This document shows positions 1-13,641 of a stretch of 64,000 nt of DNA, in pieces (positions within the stretch are counted from its first letter, which is position 1; each line of letters begins with the position of its first letter). The translations under genes were made by a program, and so were the position numbers. The stretch lies in assembly GCA_951406725.2 (NCBI GenBank), contig OX597836.1, positions 6,448,001 to 6,512,000 on the forward strand, in the 5' to 3' direction. The stretch comes from Octopus vulgaris. Taxonomy: Eukaryota. The notes beneath the pieces are model-generated. The model was not told the DNA's origin. It saw nothing but the letters and a program-made list of their open reading frames with translations, and made no database searches.

Positions 1-130
1 ACACACTTATTGCAGCGGACCTTCAGAATTGGCAAACCCAGTAAAAGGTCTCAGGCCTCCAGCAGGCCTTTCTCCACACCCTTAAAGCCGGGAGCTTTTC
101 AGCACTTCGTCATGTATATATACATATTAT

Positions 131-217
<87 letters not shown>

Positions 218-623
218 TAGATAAAAGAATACTAAAAATGGGACAAGAACGCAACAGGCGACAGCAAAACCTCCAGACAGTTAGATGATACAAAAAGAGA
301 CACGAGAAAACATGGACGGGTTATTCGGAGTTTTCTTTCCTCTGTCGAGTTCCAGATTAGCTTTGCAGTTTCGGCTGGTTATACTCGAGACTGGCCCAAT
401 CTGGCCAGCCCCAACGAAAATCTAAGCTAAGAGCACTAGATTCCTTGGAAGAAAGCAGTGAATGTATCCGAAGTCAAGGACGGGAAAAAACGGAGAAATG
501 GTACACAAATACAAATGCAAATAACAGGACGTGAACAACAGGTGTCTTTCGACTAAGGACTAATTAAATTAAGCTGGCGTGTATGAAAGTGAAGCCTTGC
601 AGCAGGGAAATAACAGATGACAA

Positions 624-674
<51 letters not shown>

Positions 675-675
<1 letters not shown>

Positions 676-1571
676 GAGGTATGATCAATACGTATCCGGA
701 CAGTTGCCATAGTAACGAAGCTAAAGCAAACAGAGTAAAGCCGCTTAGCACAGTTTGATCTTGATCCCTAATGTGCATTCACACTAAGTTTTAACGCTCT
801 AGCGCACTTCCGCTCTTTACAGCAATGCTTGGAAGGAACGTGTGTAGCGTGTACTCGTCGCATTGACCATGTCAGAAAAAGTTATCATGGCGATACCTGC
901 TCAGAGGGCTACGGAAAGTATTCAGAAAGTGTATGGGGAGGAGTGTATGCGCCGCACACAAATGTATGTGTGGTGCAGACGTTTCCAAAATGGCCGAAAG
1001 AATGTCGATGCTGACAAACGTTCTGGGACACAGGCAACCAGCAGAACAGAGTAAAACATGGCAGATGTGCATGCAGCTGTGTGGAGAAATCGTCAAATCC
1101 CCATCCGTGAGTTATCAGAGGATGTGCAGATTAGTTACGGTTCAATTCAGTCCGTTATCTCTGAAGATTTGGGTATGTGACGCGTGTCTGCCAAGTTTGT
1201 ACCAAAAACTGCTTTCAGCTGACCAAAAGGACACTCGGGTTTCAGTTGCACAAGATCTCATTGATTGTGTCGAGAACCAGGCAAACGTTTTGAAAACCTT
1301 ATGTAGGCCTCTGTGCATAGATCGCCAGGCTTCTGGCAAAACTTGATGGAGATTCTCTGCTCGGCTTTCTCTGTCATGGTCAAATAAACTATTACATGCT
1401 ACACACCTTCCTTCCAAGCTCTGCTGTAAACAGCGGAAGTGAGCTAAAACGTTAAAACTTGGTGCGCATGCACAGCAGAGTCCAAGGCCAATCTGTGCCA
1501 AGCGACTTTGCTCTCCGTGCTTTAGCTTCGTTACTATAGCAACAGTCTGGATACTTATTGAACAGACTACG
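675..1571. mobile_element. Mariner-derived foldback element made of two inverted 5' ends
   Basis: ~210-bp imperfect inverted arms (675-~890 vs ~1360-1571), TA at the right end. The + arm encodes a frameshifted mariner HTH region (VYGEECMRRTQMYVWCRRFQNGR...RVSAKFVPKLLS). The - arm begins MTEKAEQRISIKFCQKPGD. Confidence 0.85.
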
Positions 1572-1694
1572 TATGTATGTATATATGTATATATATAAAC
1601 ACATGTTGATATCCATATTCGTTCTTAATTCGTTCCGGTAGATTAAGGATATGAATATACTATTCACAGTTTTATTTCAGAATTGGAGAACAAC

Positions 1695-1740
1695 AACTTT
1701 CTGATGAATGAGTTTACAATAAACTCGATTCATTAAAGTA
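1695..1740 (+). ncRNA. Degenerate minimal hammerhead ribozyme relic
   Basis: CTTT-CTGATGA-AT-GAGTTT/ACAAT/AAACTC-GATT-CATT-AAAG. Core and stems I/II are intact; GAAA has changed to GATT. Confidence 0.45.
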
Positions 1741-1929
1741 AGTTGACTTTCGGGTCACCGGGCGACTCCCCTTTGACCTCGTGTCGACTCTGCGTCACAG
1801 TTTGAAATCTGCTTAGAAACCGGTTTGATTAATTGACGTCACTGGTGACCTTGCGAAATATAAGCTTTAGATGATAAAAAAAAAAAAACCCACAGTAGTT
1901 TTTGTAGGTAGAAGTGAGGAATTTCCAGC

Positions 1930-2083
1930 CATGTTCGCGACCAAGAAGCTTGCTTTCCGACCATATGGTTCCGGGTTCACTCCCACAGCGTGGTAACATG
2001 GCCGTGTTTCTTCTACTATAGCCACGGACCGACAAAAGTCTTGTGAGTGGATTTGGTAAACGGAGACTGGAAGAAGCAAGTCG

Positions 2084-2116
<33 letters not shown>

Positions 2117-2730
2117 GTGTGTGTGTGTGTGTGTGTGTGGAGGCGCAATGGCCCAGTGGTTAGGGCAGCGGACTCGCGGTTGTAGTATCGCGGATTCGAT
2201 TCCTAGACCGGGCGTTGTGAGTGTTTATTGAGCGAAAACACCTAAAGGTCCACGAGGCTCCGGCAGGGGTTGGTGGCGATCCCTGCTGTACTCTCTCGCC
2301 ACAACTTTCTCTCACTCTTTCTTCAATTGGCCTGCTCGCTTAGCCAGCGGGGTGGCATCATTTGGAGGCTAAAACAATGCAAAGCGCATTGTGACCAGCG
2401 GTCATCTGATAGCCTGGTCAGTCACGGTGATCACGGTGATATATATGTATGTATGCATGTATGTATGTATGTATGTATGTATGTATGTATGTATGTATGT
2501 ATGTATGTATTTGTGTATGTGTGTTTATCCCCCAACCGTCACTTGATGATCGATGCTAGTGTGTTTATGTCCCCGTAAGCTAGCGGTTCAGTAGAAGAGA
2601 CCGATAGAATAATTACTAGGCTTATAAAGAATAACTCCTGAAATCGATTTGTACGACTAAAACACTTTAAGATTGTGCTCCAGCAGGGCCGCAGACAAAT
2701 GACTTAGGCAAGTAGGACCATGATAAAAGA
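1930..2730 (+). mobile_element. tRNA-derived SINE family B (CORE-like), interrupted by a family C SINE
   Basis: Head TGGTTCCGGGTTCA, internal (TA)n/(TG)n, tail GTGCTCCAGCAGGGCCGCAG shared with many copies in the window. Confidence 0.75.
2139..2439 (+). mobile_element. tRNA-derived SINE family C nested in the microsatellite of a family B SINE
   Basis: A-box TGGCCCAGTGG and B-box GATTCGATTCC. Related copies at ~16345-16621(-), ~57250-57530(-) and ~62473-62740(+). Confidence 0.75.
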
Positions 2731-3310
2731 TCCGCTCACCTCACCTTTCAACAGGTGATTTTCAAAAAGTGTATATATTAATATATTCTATGTAGTCATT
2801 TCAAAAGTAAATAGACACATCTCATCTTTCTGATTCTAAATTGTCCTCTAAATTACTCAAAAATGAAAATAACACTGACATCTCATTTTTACAGATATAT
2901 TTACCAAAATTACATAAAAATATCTTGAAATACTAAAGAAATTTATTCAATAAAATCGACATTGGCTGCATCGACAGTCTCCAGACGACTTCGGAATCTG
3001 CAACTTTACTCGACGGCGTCCGTGTTTAAGCTAGAGAAAATCACATCTTTAATTATAGAATTCAACCTACAAATCCAACAATTCTGTTGCATCAAGATAT
3101 CTAGATATAGAAAATGTCGCCCAAGGTGTAACATAGTGGGACTGAACTCGGAACCATGTGATTTGAGAAGCAAACTTCTTACCACACAGCCACGACTGCG
3201 CCTACGTTTGTTTTGTTACTAACACGATTTGATTGTATCTCTTTAAACTCTGTTAAGTTTCTGAAAATAGGTGAAACCGGACTTCGTCTTCCGTAAGTTT
3301 CTACAAGAAA

Positions 3311-3697
3311 TCTCTCTCTATATAAACGGCAGTTTGTCTGTGCGTGTTTCTGTGTGTCTGTTAGGTTGTACCCTCACCCTGACCACGGCTTTCAACCGAT
3401 TCTGATGAAACTTGACACACACACACATAGCCCAATGTCATAATTCAAAACTAACGCAGCGAAAACTTTGAAAAGTTCCCCCAGTTCTGAAAAAAATTGA
3501 TAAATTCGACATGGGGTCGAGAATCAGAAACACAAACCGCAAACTGTCTAGGGGACGCAACTCCACCTTTTTTAACTAAAAAAAAAATTTACCATCATTT
3601 TCTTCCATTTTTTGGCTATTTTTTGGCTATAACTCTCTAAAAATGCTTTATAGTTATTTCCCTTACAAACCTGAGCAACGCCGGGTGATACTGCTAG
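3311..3697 (+). mobile_element. Non-autonomous Helitron (Lep1-like architecture)
   Basis: 5' TC, subterminal hairpin ACCTG-AGCAACGC-CGGGT, 3' CTAG, inserted between A and T. Near-identical to 50326-50699. Confidence 0.85.
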
Positions 3698-3897
3698 TAT
3701 ACAATAACAATGAGACACTCAACTAAATACGTGCAAAGCTAAATATTTTCAACTTGCCAAACACTCCTGCCACCACTTGTAATTCTAGTGATGTCTCGCG
3801 TTGTGGCTACACTCTCACCTGTACACACATATGGACAAAATCTTTCGTCTTAACTCTGGGCACTTAGTGTGTGTGTAGAAGATATATCAAGGGTGTA

Positions 3898-3928
<31 letters not shown>

Positions 3929-4332
3929 CTATGTTTGTGTAGGATATATAAAGTGTAATTATGTGTGTGTGTGTGTGTGTGCGTGTGTGGTAGATATATA
4001 AGGAGTGAATGTGTGTCTGTGTGTTTGGGTATGTGTGCGCGCTTGTGTGTGTGTGTGCGTGTGAAACAGAATGTGTGTATGTGAGTGTATGTGTGTGTTT
4101 AAAACAGAATGTTGTATGTGAATGTGCGTGAGTGTGTGTGCATGCGTGTGTATATGTATATGTGTGTAAGTGTGTGTGTCGAAAATAGACTCTGTGTATG
4201 TGTGTGTGTGTGTGTTGGTGCGAATACGTAATATGTGTGTTGGTGTTTATATGCATATAAATTTAATCCTTATATCAGAAGTATATATATATATATACTT
4301 ACATATAAGAGAACAAGGTGTACATACGCCGC

Positions 4333-4405
<73 letters not shown>

Positions 4406-4575
4406 CAAAATGGGACAAAAACGCAAAACATCCGGACAACAAGGTGATACAAAAAGGGACAACAAAACATCCAGATAGACGATACAAAAAAAAACACGGA
4501 CGGGTCATTCGAAGCATTTTATCTTCAGTCAAGGATCATCCTCGCAATTTCGGCTGATTAATCTTGAGATTGCTT

Positions 4576-4612
<37 letters not shown>

Positions 4613-4865
4613 TTCTGATATAAGGATTAAATTTTACTGAAACAATTTATCAGAGGCCACAAAAAAATAATTTTGAGAAGAACTGGGGGAATGCATATAT
4701 CTGTGGTAGCTTGACTACGTATGTTTACACACACAACTAAGGAAGATTATGTGTGGTAATGGGATCATGTGATTATAGTTGAAATTTACAGAAAAACAAA
4801 GATGAAGACATGTGTATAAACAACATACAGGTGTATTGGTTTAACGCTCGGGAAGATGAGAAAGT

Positions 4866-4901
4866 CTTTTACATTTCGAGCCTACGCTCTTCAACAGAAA
4901 G
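4866..4901 (-). ncRNA. Minimal hammerhead-like motif in a Penelope-type repeat
   Basis: Reverse strand reads CTTT-CTGTTGA-A-GAGC/GTAG/GCTC-GAAA-TGTA-AAAG. The host repeat recurs at ~34060-34200 and ~42745-42940. Confidence 0.55.
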
Positions 4902-5560
4902 GAACACGAGGAAATAAACACAGAGACAATAAAAAATTTTTTGGAGCAAGCGGTCAATCATAGCGAAGTGGCCAAATCTAGAGAACAAAAATGAAATTTA
5001 AAGATATTTAAAGATATTTAAAGATATTTCTACTTGAATTTTCCGAATAGGGTTTTTACTGTGTATACTTTAAAGTGCGTTCATTATTTACAATAAATTT
5101 TGTAGGACGTGATTAATAACTAAATGATTTATAATAGAGAAAATGCTTAGTTGGAAAATCCAAGATGGAGAAAATTAGAGAGATTATGGCGTAAAACACA
5201 AGAAGTAAAATCTGGCAACACTCTGACCGATGTAAACTAAGTTGACCTAATCAGCAGAAGCCATACAGGATGTCAATGCGCAGGTCATTATCTTTTAGGA
5301 ACATGATCAGCTTCCTTCTGACAGTACATTTTATGAATGTGCTGTTATAAAGTTAGAGAGACCAGCCTATAATTTTTGTAGCATCCGTTCTGTTACCTTT
5401 TTTATGGATAAATAGAGAATACCAAACGAGTTCCCTATGGATACCGTATTTATTACAACTCGTGGCTTGTAAACGTCACGAACAAACGACCATATTTTAT
5501 TAACCCAATAACTAAATTCTTCACGTTTAGTTGTAACTTATGAATGACAAAAGTAGTGCC

Positions 5561-5664
5561 GTCACCGTGACCTCAAATCATCACCATGGATTGACCAATC
5601 AGAAGCAGCGCTGTCACCGTGACCTCGGGTCATCACCATGGATTGACCAATCAGAAGCAGCGCT
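5561..5664 (+). repeat. 52-bp direct tandem duplication, each copy with a CCAAT box
   Basis: GTCACCGTGACCTC...GATTGACCAATCAGAAGCAGCGCT at 5561 and 5613. Confidence 0.85.
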
Positions 5665-5779
5665 CGCAGTATCTGACATATGTTAGATATCAAAAATATC
5701 TCAAAGTGGTCGCACTCACATGTGTGTAATAAGACATGTTATGCCATCTTAGGCATAACATGTCCTATTCATAAGGGTA

Positions 5780-6474
5780 AGACATGTTAGGCCGCTACAG
5801 CGATGAAGATGAAGCTATTTTGGAGAGAATAGTCACAGGTGATAGGATCTTGGTCCGTCACTTTGAGCCAGGATCCCAAAGGCGGAGTAAAACGGAAACA
5901 CGCGGAATTGCGAACGGAAAATAATTTATAGACTCAAACATCCGAAGTGATGGTAACCGTTTTGGGGGACACGAAATGGCCTACACAGGAACATTACTTG
6001 TAAAAAGGGACAACTGTCACCAATGTAGGCTACAGTGCAATACTGGTCAACAAACTGAAGCCAGCAAAAATCTATTTTTTTCAAAGGAAGTGCTGCTGTT
6101 GCACGACAATGCGTGCCCACATACACCCGCCCACACCATTGAAACCATTGAAGAATTGGGTTTCGAGTTGCTGGAATATCCTGCTTACAGTCCAGATTTC
6201 ACCGCTTCCGACTATCACCTCTTTGGACCGCTCAACATCCGCTACGATGTCGTCTGCTTGCTTCCGACGAAGAAGCACAAGAAGCGGATCATAAATGGCT
6301 GCGCAACCGGCCGAAAAACCATTTCCGATGGCATAAGCAGGGTTGTGGACCGCTGGTAGAAGTGCATTGTAAAACAAGGAGACTATGTCGAACAATGATA
6401 TCATTGTCCATCGCCTGATTTTGCTTTAATAAATTACAGAAACATGAGTGCATATAATGTTTGACTTAACCTCG
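5780..6474 (+). pseudogene. 5'-truncated mariner transposase relic with right TIR
   Basis: ILERIVTGD, LLHDNACPH and YSPDFTASDYHLFG motifs with frameshifts. Ends TTTGACTTAACCTCG-TA. Confidence 0.9.
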
Positions 6475-6765
6475 TATATAGAACTGAAACGTCTAGTAAC
6501 CGTCTAAACACTCTATGTTGATTTCCACTCGCTTCCAATAATGTTAGCATTCAACCTTCTGTAAACAAGCTTTCCGCTTGTTACTCCCCGTCCCTCTTTC
6601 CCCTTATTCACTCTTATAATTATTGTCCTTCGCTCTCGCAGCTCCCGTTCCTGTTTCCCCCTCAACACCAGCAAACGACTGCTCACCTCTGTCAAACCGA
6701 CGGGAGATCGGCGTGGAACGTTACACTTCTCTTCTTCCCTGTGATATAAATATTTATTCCAGTTT

Positions 6766-6801
<36 letters not shown>

Positions 6802-6957
6802 GACACACATGTATGCGTGTGTATGTGTATATATATATACATGTGTATGAATATATATGCATCTATATATATGCATATATATAAATATATATACAAGTAT
6901 GTATATAAACATGTATAGATATATATATAATAGACATATATATATAAATATATTATA

Positions 6958-6994
<37 letters not shown>

Positions 6995-7922
6995 ACACAC
7001 ACACATATATATATATATACATGTATACATATATATGTACATATATCTATACATACTTGTACACATACGCGCACACACACATACACACATATATAAACGC
7101 ACCTCTGTGCGTAAGTATGTATAGTTGTATATGTATACTTGCATCTGTATGCATATAGATATACACACACATATATGCTTTCATATATATATATACATAC
7201 ATACATACACACATTCATATATGCATTCATATATATACACACATGCATATATGCTTTCATATATATATATATACATACATACACACATACATATATGCTC
7301 TCATATATATACACACATACATTTATGCTTTCATATATATACATACATGCATATATACATGCATTACCCTTGGTCTTCTCGGCATAAATATTTATACCGC
7401 CGTTTAATCCGTTTTTAATTACTGTTTTCCGTTGTAGAACGACTCTCGTTTCATTGGTTTTTAATGTTTTACTATACATACTTTAAGGTCTCGTGCTATA
7501 TCTTATGTTCTTTCCAGAATAAATGTGTAGGCAATATTAGGCATGCATGCATACGTATATACAAGCACTCTCATACTCACACACACACACGTACACATGC
7601 TCATATATAAAAAATAAAACAGTTGAGATCTTTTTCAGATAATTTTCTCGTTACATCGTTTTGCGCGTAAACAATAATAACCGTTATATAAAGAAAATTT
7701 TGTAAGCTGATTAAATCACAAAATCTTCAGAAGAAATTGCATGCCACCCGAAAATAACCTTCAAAATTTATAATTGGTACGAAGGCGGTGAGCTGGCAGA
7801 AACGTTAGCACGCCGGACGAAATGCGTAGCCATATTTCGTCTGCCGTTACGTTCTGAGTTCAAATTTCGCCGATGTCGGCTTTACCTTTCATCCTTTCGG
7901 GTGTCGATTAAATAAGTACAAG

Positions 7923-7975
<53 letters not shown>

Positions 7976-8116
7976 TACACATATATATATATAGAGAGAG
8001 AGAGATGGCGGCATAATGCACCCTTTATTCCTTCGGAATTAGGAATATGCAGCCTTCGAAATATGTGTCGAGAGTAAAGGAATTTTGTTAAAATCGTCGT
8101 TCGACTCCATTCTTTC

Positions 8117-8196
<80 letters not shown>

Positions 8197-8938
8197 AAAT
8201 AGATAGATAGATAGGTAGGTAGGTAGGTAAATAGATAGAGAGGGGGAGGCAAAAGAGGAAAGCATAGGAAGAACATGTGGAAGATCAAATCGCACCGCCT
8301 CGCTGGCATTATCTGCTATTATATGTATATTTACTGTCTGCTTGTCGTTCTCCTGTTGGTTCTATCTATTTGTTCACTGTGTTCGTGTTGTTGTTGTTGT
8401 TGCTGTTGTTGTTCTTGTTTATATTGTTGGAATTGTCATTGCAATTGTTGCTCTCTAAATACAGTGAAATGTCAACGTGCGTGAAATATTGCCAAATTCG
8501 AAAGAGACGACAGAAGCGCCATCTAACCACATCCGTCTCGTCCGCTCTACGTCGTCTACATTTGCATTCACACATACACGCAGGGCCAAGTCAATGACAC
8601 ACCCAGACATATACAAAAAAAAAAAAAGATAAACAAGACGCACACACATACACACACAGAGGTACACATACTTCTGTACGTGAATACAGACACAAACAGC
8701 ATCAGCATCGTTCTATTTAACCAAATCTTTGTCCCACAATCACAAACAAACACGCAAAAATCTGCAGCCATGCCATCAAACACAAACTCACATATGTACA
8801 AAAGGAGCGGACACATATAACCATAGAGGCATATACAGATAGTTTGCTTTAAAGACAAACGCACACACATATGCATACGTATATATATATAAGTATATAT
8901 ATATATACATTTATATATACATATATATACATATATAT

Positions 8939-9011
<73 letters not shown>

Positions 9012-9080
9012 CATACACATATATGTAAATATATATATATATATACAATACAATTGTATGTTTATATTTATCTATCTATC

Positions 9081-9113
<33 letters not shown>

Positions 9114-9653
9114 ATGTAATTACATATATATATATTTATGTTTGTATATCTGCATATGTATGTATGTATGTATGCATGTATGTATGTATGTATGTATGTG
9201 TATGTATAGATATATATATATATATATACACAAACACACACATGCGCGTATACATACATACATATACACATACAGAAACGTAGCACCGTCAACATTCTTC
9301 TATCGCTCCAAACACAGATACCCCCACCCGTGCACACACAAGTACCCCCACACACACACACACGCACACACATACAAACACATACGAATACAGACGTACA
9401 CAAGCCCACACATGCCCAAACATAACTACATTCGTACGACATGGGGAATATACGAATGAGGTAAGCTCAACGAGAGTGGGTCATAACCTTTTTTAAATAG
9501 CAACCAAAAGTAGGTCATGATTTTAAGATGACACAAAAATTCAAATATAATAATCTTTTCATGAAAGATAACAATAAATTTTCCTCGAGTTATTTCTGTT
9601 TCTTTCTCTTTATCTGCCTCTCTTCCTCTATCTGTATGTATATATATAAATAC

Positions 9654-9685
<32 letters not shown>

Positions 9686-9702
9686 GTATGTATGTATATA
9701 TG

Positions 9703-9741
<39 letters not shown>

Positions 9742-9806
9742 CATATATATATATATATATATATGTATATATGATGTATGTATGTATGTATATATATGTA
9801 TGTATG

Positions 9807-9843
<37 letters not shown>

Positions 9844-10696
9844 ATGTATGTATATATGTATGTATGTATGTGTTTGTGGAGTTGTTAGCTAACTCCTCCT
9901 ACATCGTTATATCGACTTTTATGTAACTTGACGCGTGAGTAGAGTTCATGTCTGGAAACCTCATGGCATACTCAGATTGTTGAAAATATCGATAATAGGG
10001 ACCCTGGAAGGGATCCTTATATATACCCAAGGGAAATAACCCGTTCATTTTCCTAAATTATTTGGTAAAAATTAAATTGAGTGTGCTTATTTCTTAGTAT
10101 TTGAACTGTTTGAGTTATTTTCGCAATTTATCCAGTATAACTCTTAAACAAGTAAATAGTATTTTTCTAAACAATAGATCCTCTTATTTCAGTTAGTGTC
10201 TTATTCACGAATATATATCTACACTAGCGCCTATGAGGGTAATATTCTCTGGGAACGCACAAAATCCCTTTTCAGAGTTATTTACTTTGAATTGTTATTA
10301 TCTCATATCTGATTAGCCTGTTATTACGTAACATGCTTCACGATTTTAGTATACATACCTTATTAGTACTTCCTCCTGTGTTCTATATACTCTGGGATCG
10401 CATTAAAGCCCATTTCGGGGATACAGATAAATAGTATTGACTGTGGTAAGAGCCAACAATGTCTTAAAATTGGTGGCTAAAACGAGATGACCATGTTCGA
10501 TATTAAAAAATGACTTATTGACCAAATTCCTTTGCTTCTTTTTTTCTTTACTTTCTTTTTTTTTGGAGTTGGTTGGTTTTGGCACTGCAGAAGATAGCTT
10601 TCGGCTACGGGTTTGCCTATATTTTTGGTCGATCAATCGATCTATCGCTTGATAAGATTGAACCTTGGAAGCAATTCAAAACGGAGAGAGGTTTGT

Positions 10697-10871
10697 GATG
10701 AGGATGACGATGACGATGATGATGATAGAGGAGGAGGAGGAGGAGAAATTAAAGAACAAGAAGGAGGGGGAGGAGAAAAAGAAGAAGAACAAAAACAAGA
10801 AGAACAAGAACAACAACAAGAACAACAACAAGAATGAGAAGAAGAAAAAGAAAAAGAAGAATGAGGAGGAA

Positions 10872-10931
<60 letters not shown>

Positions 10932-10964
10932 AAGAAGAAGAAGAAAAAGAAGAATGAGGAGGAA

Positions 10965-11048
<84 letters not shown>

Positions 11049-11123
11049 AAGAAGAAGAAGAAGAAGAAGAAGAAGAAGAAGAAGAAGAAGAAGAAAAAGA
11101 AGAAGAAGAAGAAGAAGAAGAAG
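10697..11123. repeat. Compound (GAT)/(GAG)/(GAA)/(TAA)n microsatellite
   Basis: Read directly. Confidence 0.95.
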
Positions 11124-11448
11124 ATATCCTTACGATACTTAAGAAAATAAAAGGCGAAATATGAAGGAGGAGAAATAGAGTTTTTAAGCGAATGAGCTGC
11201 TTCTTAGAGGATCTTAAATAGTTTTTACTAATGATAATTTTCTGTTTTTTATAAGAGAAATGTTCTTGTGTTAGAGGGGGGTGGCGGATGACAGAGGAGA
11301 TGGGGTGGGTGAGGTTCAATTGCTTTTAAATTTCAATTAGCATTTCGTCATTATGTGATGTTTTCAAAGTTGATAAGCGCTGGAGTGGAACCGGGTGGGG
11401 GTGGGACTGGTGTCGCGTGAACCACATACTGTTACTTTCGTTAGAATG

Positions 11449-11486
<38 letters not shown>

Positions 11487-11511
11487 TATAAGTGTATGTT
11501 CATGTGTATGC

Positions 11512-11552
<41 letters not shown>

Positions 11553-11669
11553 TACATTATATATAAGCAGATGTATATATTTATGCATATGTATATACGC
11601 ATATACAAATGTGTGTGTGTTTGTGTCTGTCTGTCTGTCAGTTATATATGTATGTATGTATGTATGTAT

Positions 11670-12055
11670 GCTGGCAGAAACGTTAGCACGCCGGGCAGAA
11701 TGCTTTGCGGTATTTCGTCTGCCGTTACGTTCTGAGTTCAAATTCCGCCGAGGTCGACTTTGCCTTTCATTCTTTCGGGGTCGATTAAATAAGTACCAGT
11801 TACGCACTGGGGGTCGATATAATCGACTTAATCCGTTTGTCTGTCCTTGTTTGTCCCCTCTGTGTTTAGCCCCTTGTGGGTAGTAAAGAAATAGGTATTT
11901 CGTCTGCCGCTACATTCTGAGTTCAAATTCCGCCGAGGTTGACTTTGCCTTTCACCCTTTCGGGGTCGATAAATTAAGTACCAGTTGTGTACTCGGGTTG
12001 ATCTAATCCACTGGTCTCTTCAAAAAAATTTCGGGCCTTGTGCCTAGAGTAGAGA
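11670..12055 (+). mobile_element. tRNA-derived SINE family A with internally duplicated body
   Basis: GCTGGCAGAAACGTTAGCAC head, GAGTTCAAATT B-box, central GCCTTTCAT..TTTCGGGGTCGAT domain (MetaSINE-like). The body restarts after AAAGAAATAG. About 20 full or partial copies occur in the window. Confidence 0.85.
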
Positions 12056-12232
12056 ACTATATATTATGCACGCATATGCATACAAGCATGTGTATATGAC
12101 TGTTTCTGTGCGCGTGTGTGTGTGTGGGGGGGTGTATATGTGTGTATTGCAGTTGGTTTGTTTTCGTTCTGTCGATTAATCGATCTATCAAGTGATAGGA
12201 TTGAACCTTGAACGCCAACCAGGCGGAGAGAA

Positions 12233-12332
12233 AATGATGATGATGATGATGATGAAGGAGGAGGAAGAGGAGGAGGAAGAGGAGGAGGAAGAGGAGGAGG
12301 AAGAGGAGGAGGAAGAGGAGGAGGAAGAGGAG

Positions 12333-12364
<32 letters not shown>

Positions 12365-12624
12365 GAAGAAGAAGAAGAAGAAGAAGAAGAAGAAGAAGAA
12401 GAAGAAGAAGAAGAAGAAGAAGAAGAAGAAGATGAAGAAGAAGAAGATGAAGAAGAAGAAGAAGATGAAGAAGAAGAAGAAGATGAAGAAGAAGAAGAAG
12501 AAGAAGAAGAAGAAGATGAAGAAGAAGAAGATGAAGAAGATGAAGAAGAAGAAAATGAAGAAGAAGAAGAAGAAGAAGAAGAAGAAGAAGAAGAAGAAGA
12601 AGAAGAAGAAGAAGAAGAAGAAGA
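12233..12624. repeat. Compound (GAT)/(GAG)/(GAA)n purine tract
   Basis: Read directly. Confidence 0.95.
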
Positions 12625-12858
12625 TTATGTGTGTGCACACACACACACACAAAATATATATTTCTCACAAAAATTCCTTTGGTTTGCTCCTACCAAACAG
12701 TAATTTATTCATATCATTCGTCATTTTGTTTCTTTTCTTTTCTTTTCATGATTATACCTTCTGTCTTTAATCGCAAAACACCAGACCACACCAGACCACA
12801 CCAGACCGATTCCTACAAACAGAACGAAGATGAAAAACCCAACGTCTTCTAAACAAAC

Positions 12859-12928
<70 letters not shown>

Positions 12929-13151
12929 TCATACAAACACATTCTCTCTCCTTCTTACACAAGCGCATTCATAAAATGCTTGTTTATTCAACACCTTTTT
13001 ATCAGCGAGTGATGTCGAGAAAGGGTTTCCATTTAAAAGGTTTACGAAGGTTTGTGAGCCAGTCACACAAGTATTTGTTTCTGTGTAAACAAAAGTCATG
13101 TAGTCACGTGACTATACTCTTCTGCCACCATACTTTGAATTGGTTCTGTAC

Positions 13152-13194
<43 letters not shown>

Positions 13195-13195
<1 letters not shown>

Positions 13196-13582
13196 ATTTG
13201 TTTCAGTTATTTGACTGCGACCATGCTGGAGCACCGCCTTTAGTCGAGCAAATCGACCCCAGGACTTATTCTTTGTAAACCTAGTACTTATTCTATCGGT
13301 CTCTCTCTCTCTTGCCGAACCGCTAAGTTACGGGGACGTAAACGCACCGGCATCGGTTGTCAAGCGATGTTGAGGGGACAAACACAGACACAGACACATA
13401 CACACACACACATATATATATACACACACAGGACGGGCTTCTTTCAGTTTCCGTCTACCAAATCCGCTCACAAGGCTTTGATCGGCCCGAGTGTATAGTA
13501 GAAGACACTTGCACAAGGTGCCACGCAGTGAGACTGAACCCGGAATCATGTGGTTAGTAAGCTAGCTACTTACCACACAGCC
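13195..13582 (-). mobile_element. SINE family B, near full length
   Basis: Same head, internal microsatellite and tail as copies at ~38950-39480, ~51545-51897 and ~61765-62090. Confidence 0.85.
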
Positions 13583-13588
13583 AATCTA

Positions 13589-13641
<53 letters not shown>

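Noticed and set aside
6754-7479. Long YI/CV/HT-repeat ORFs here and throughout the track
   Set aside because: They are translations of (TA)n, (CA)n and (TACA)n microsatellites that happen to lack stops.
8277-8597. 106-aa ORF with a hydrophobic poly-Leu stretch
   Set aside because: The hydrophobic run is a (TTG)n repeat; no recognisable domain or convincing splice pair.
12192-12770. Poly-E/poly-K ORF
   Set aside because: Translation of the GAG/GAA tract.
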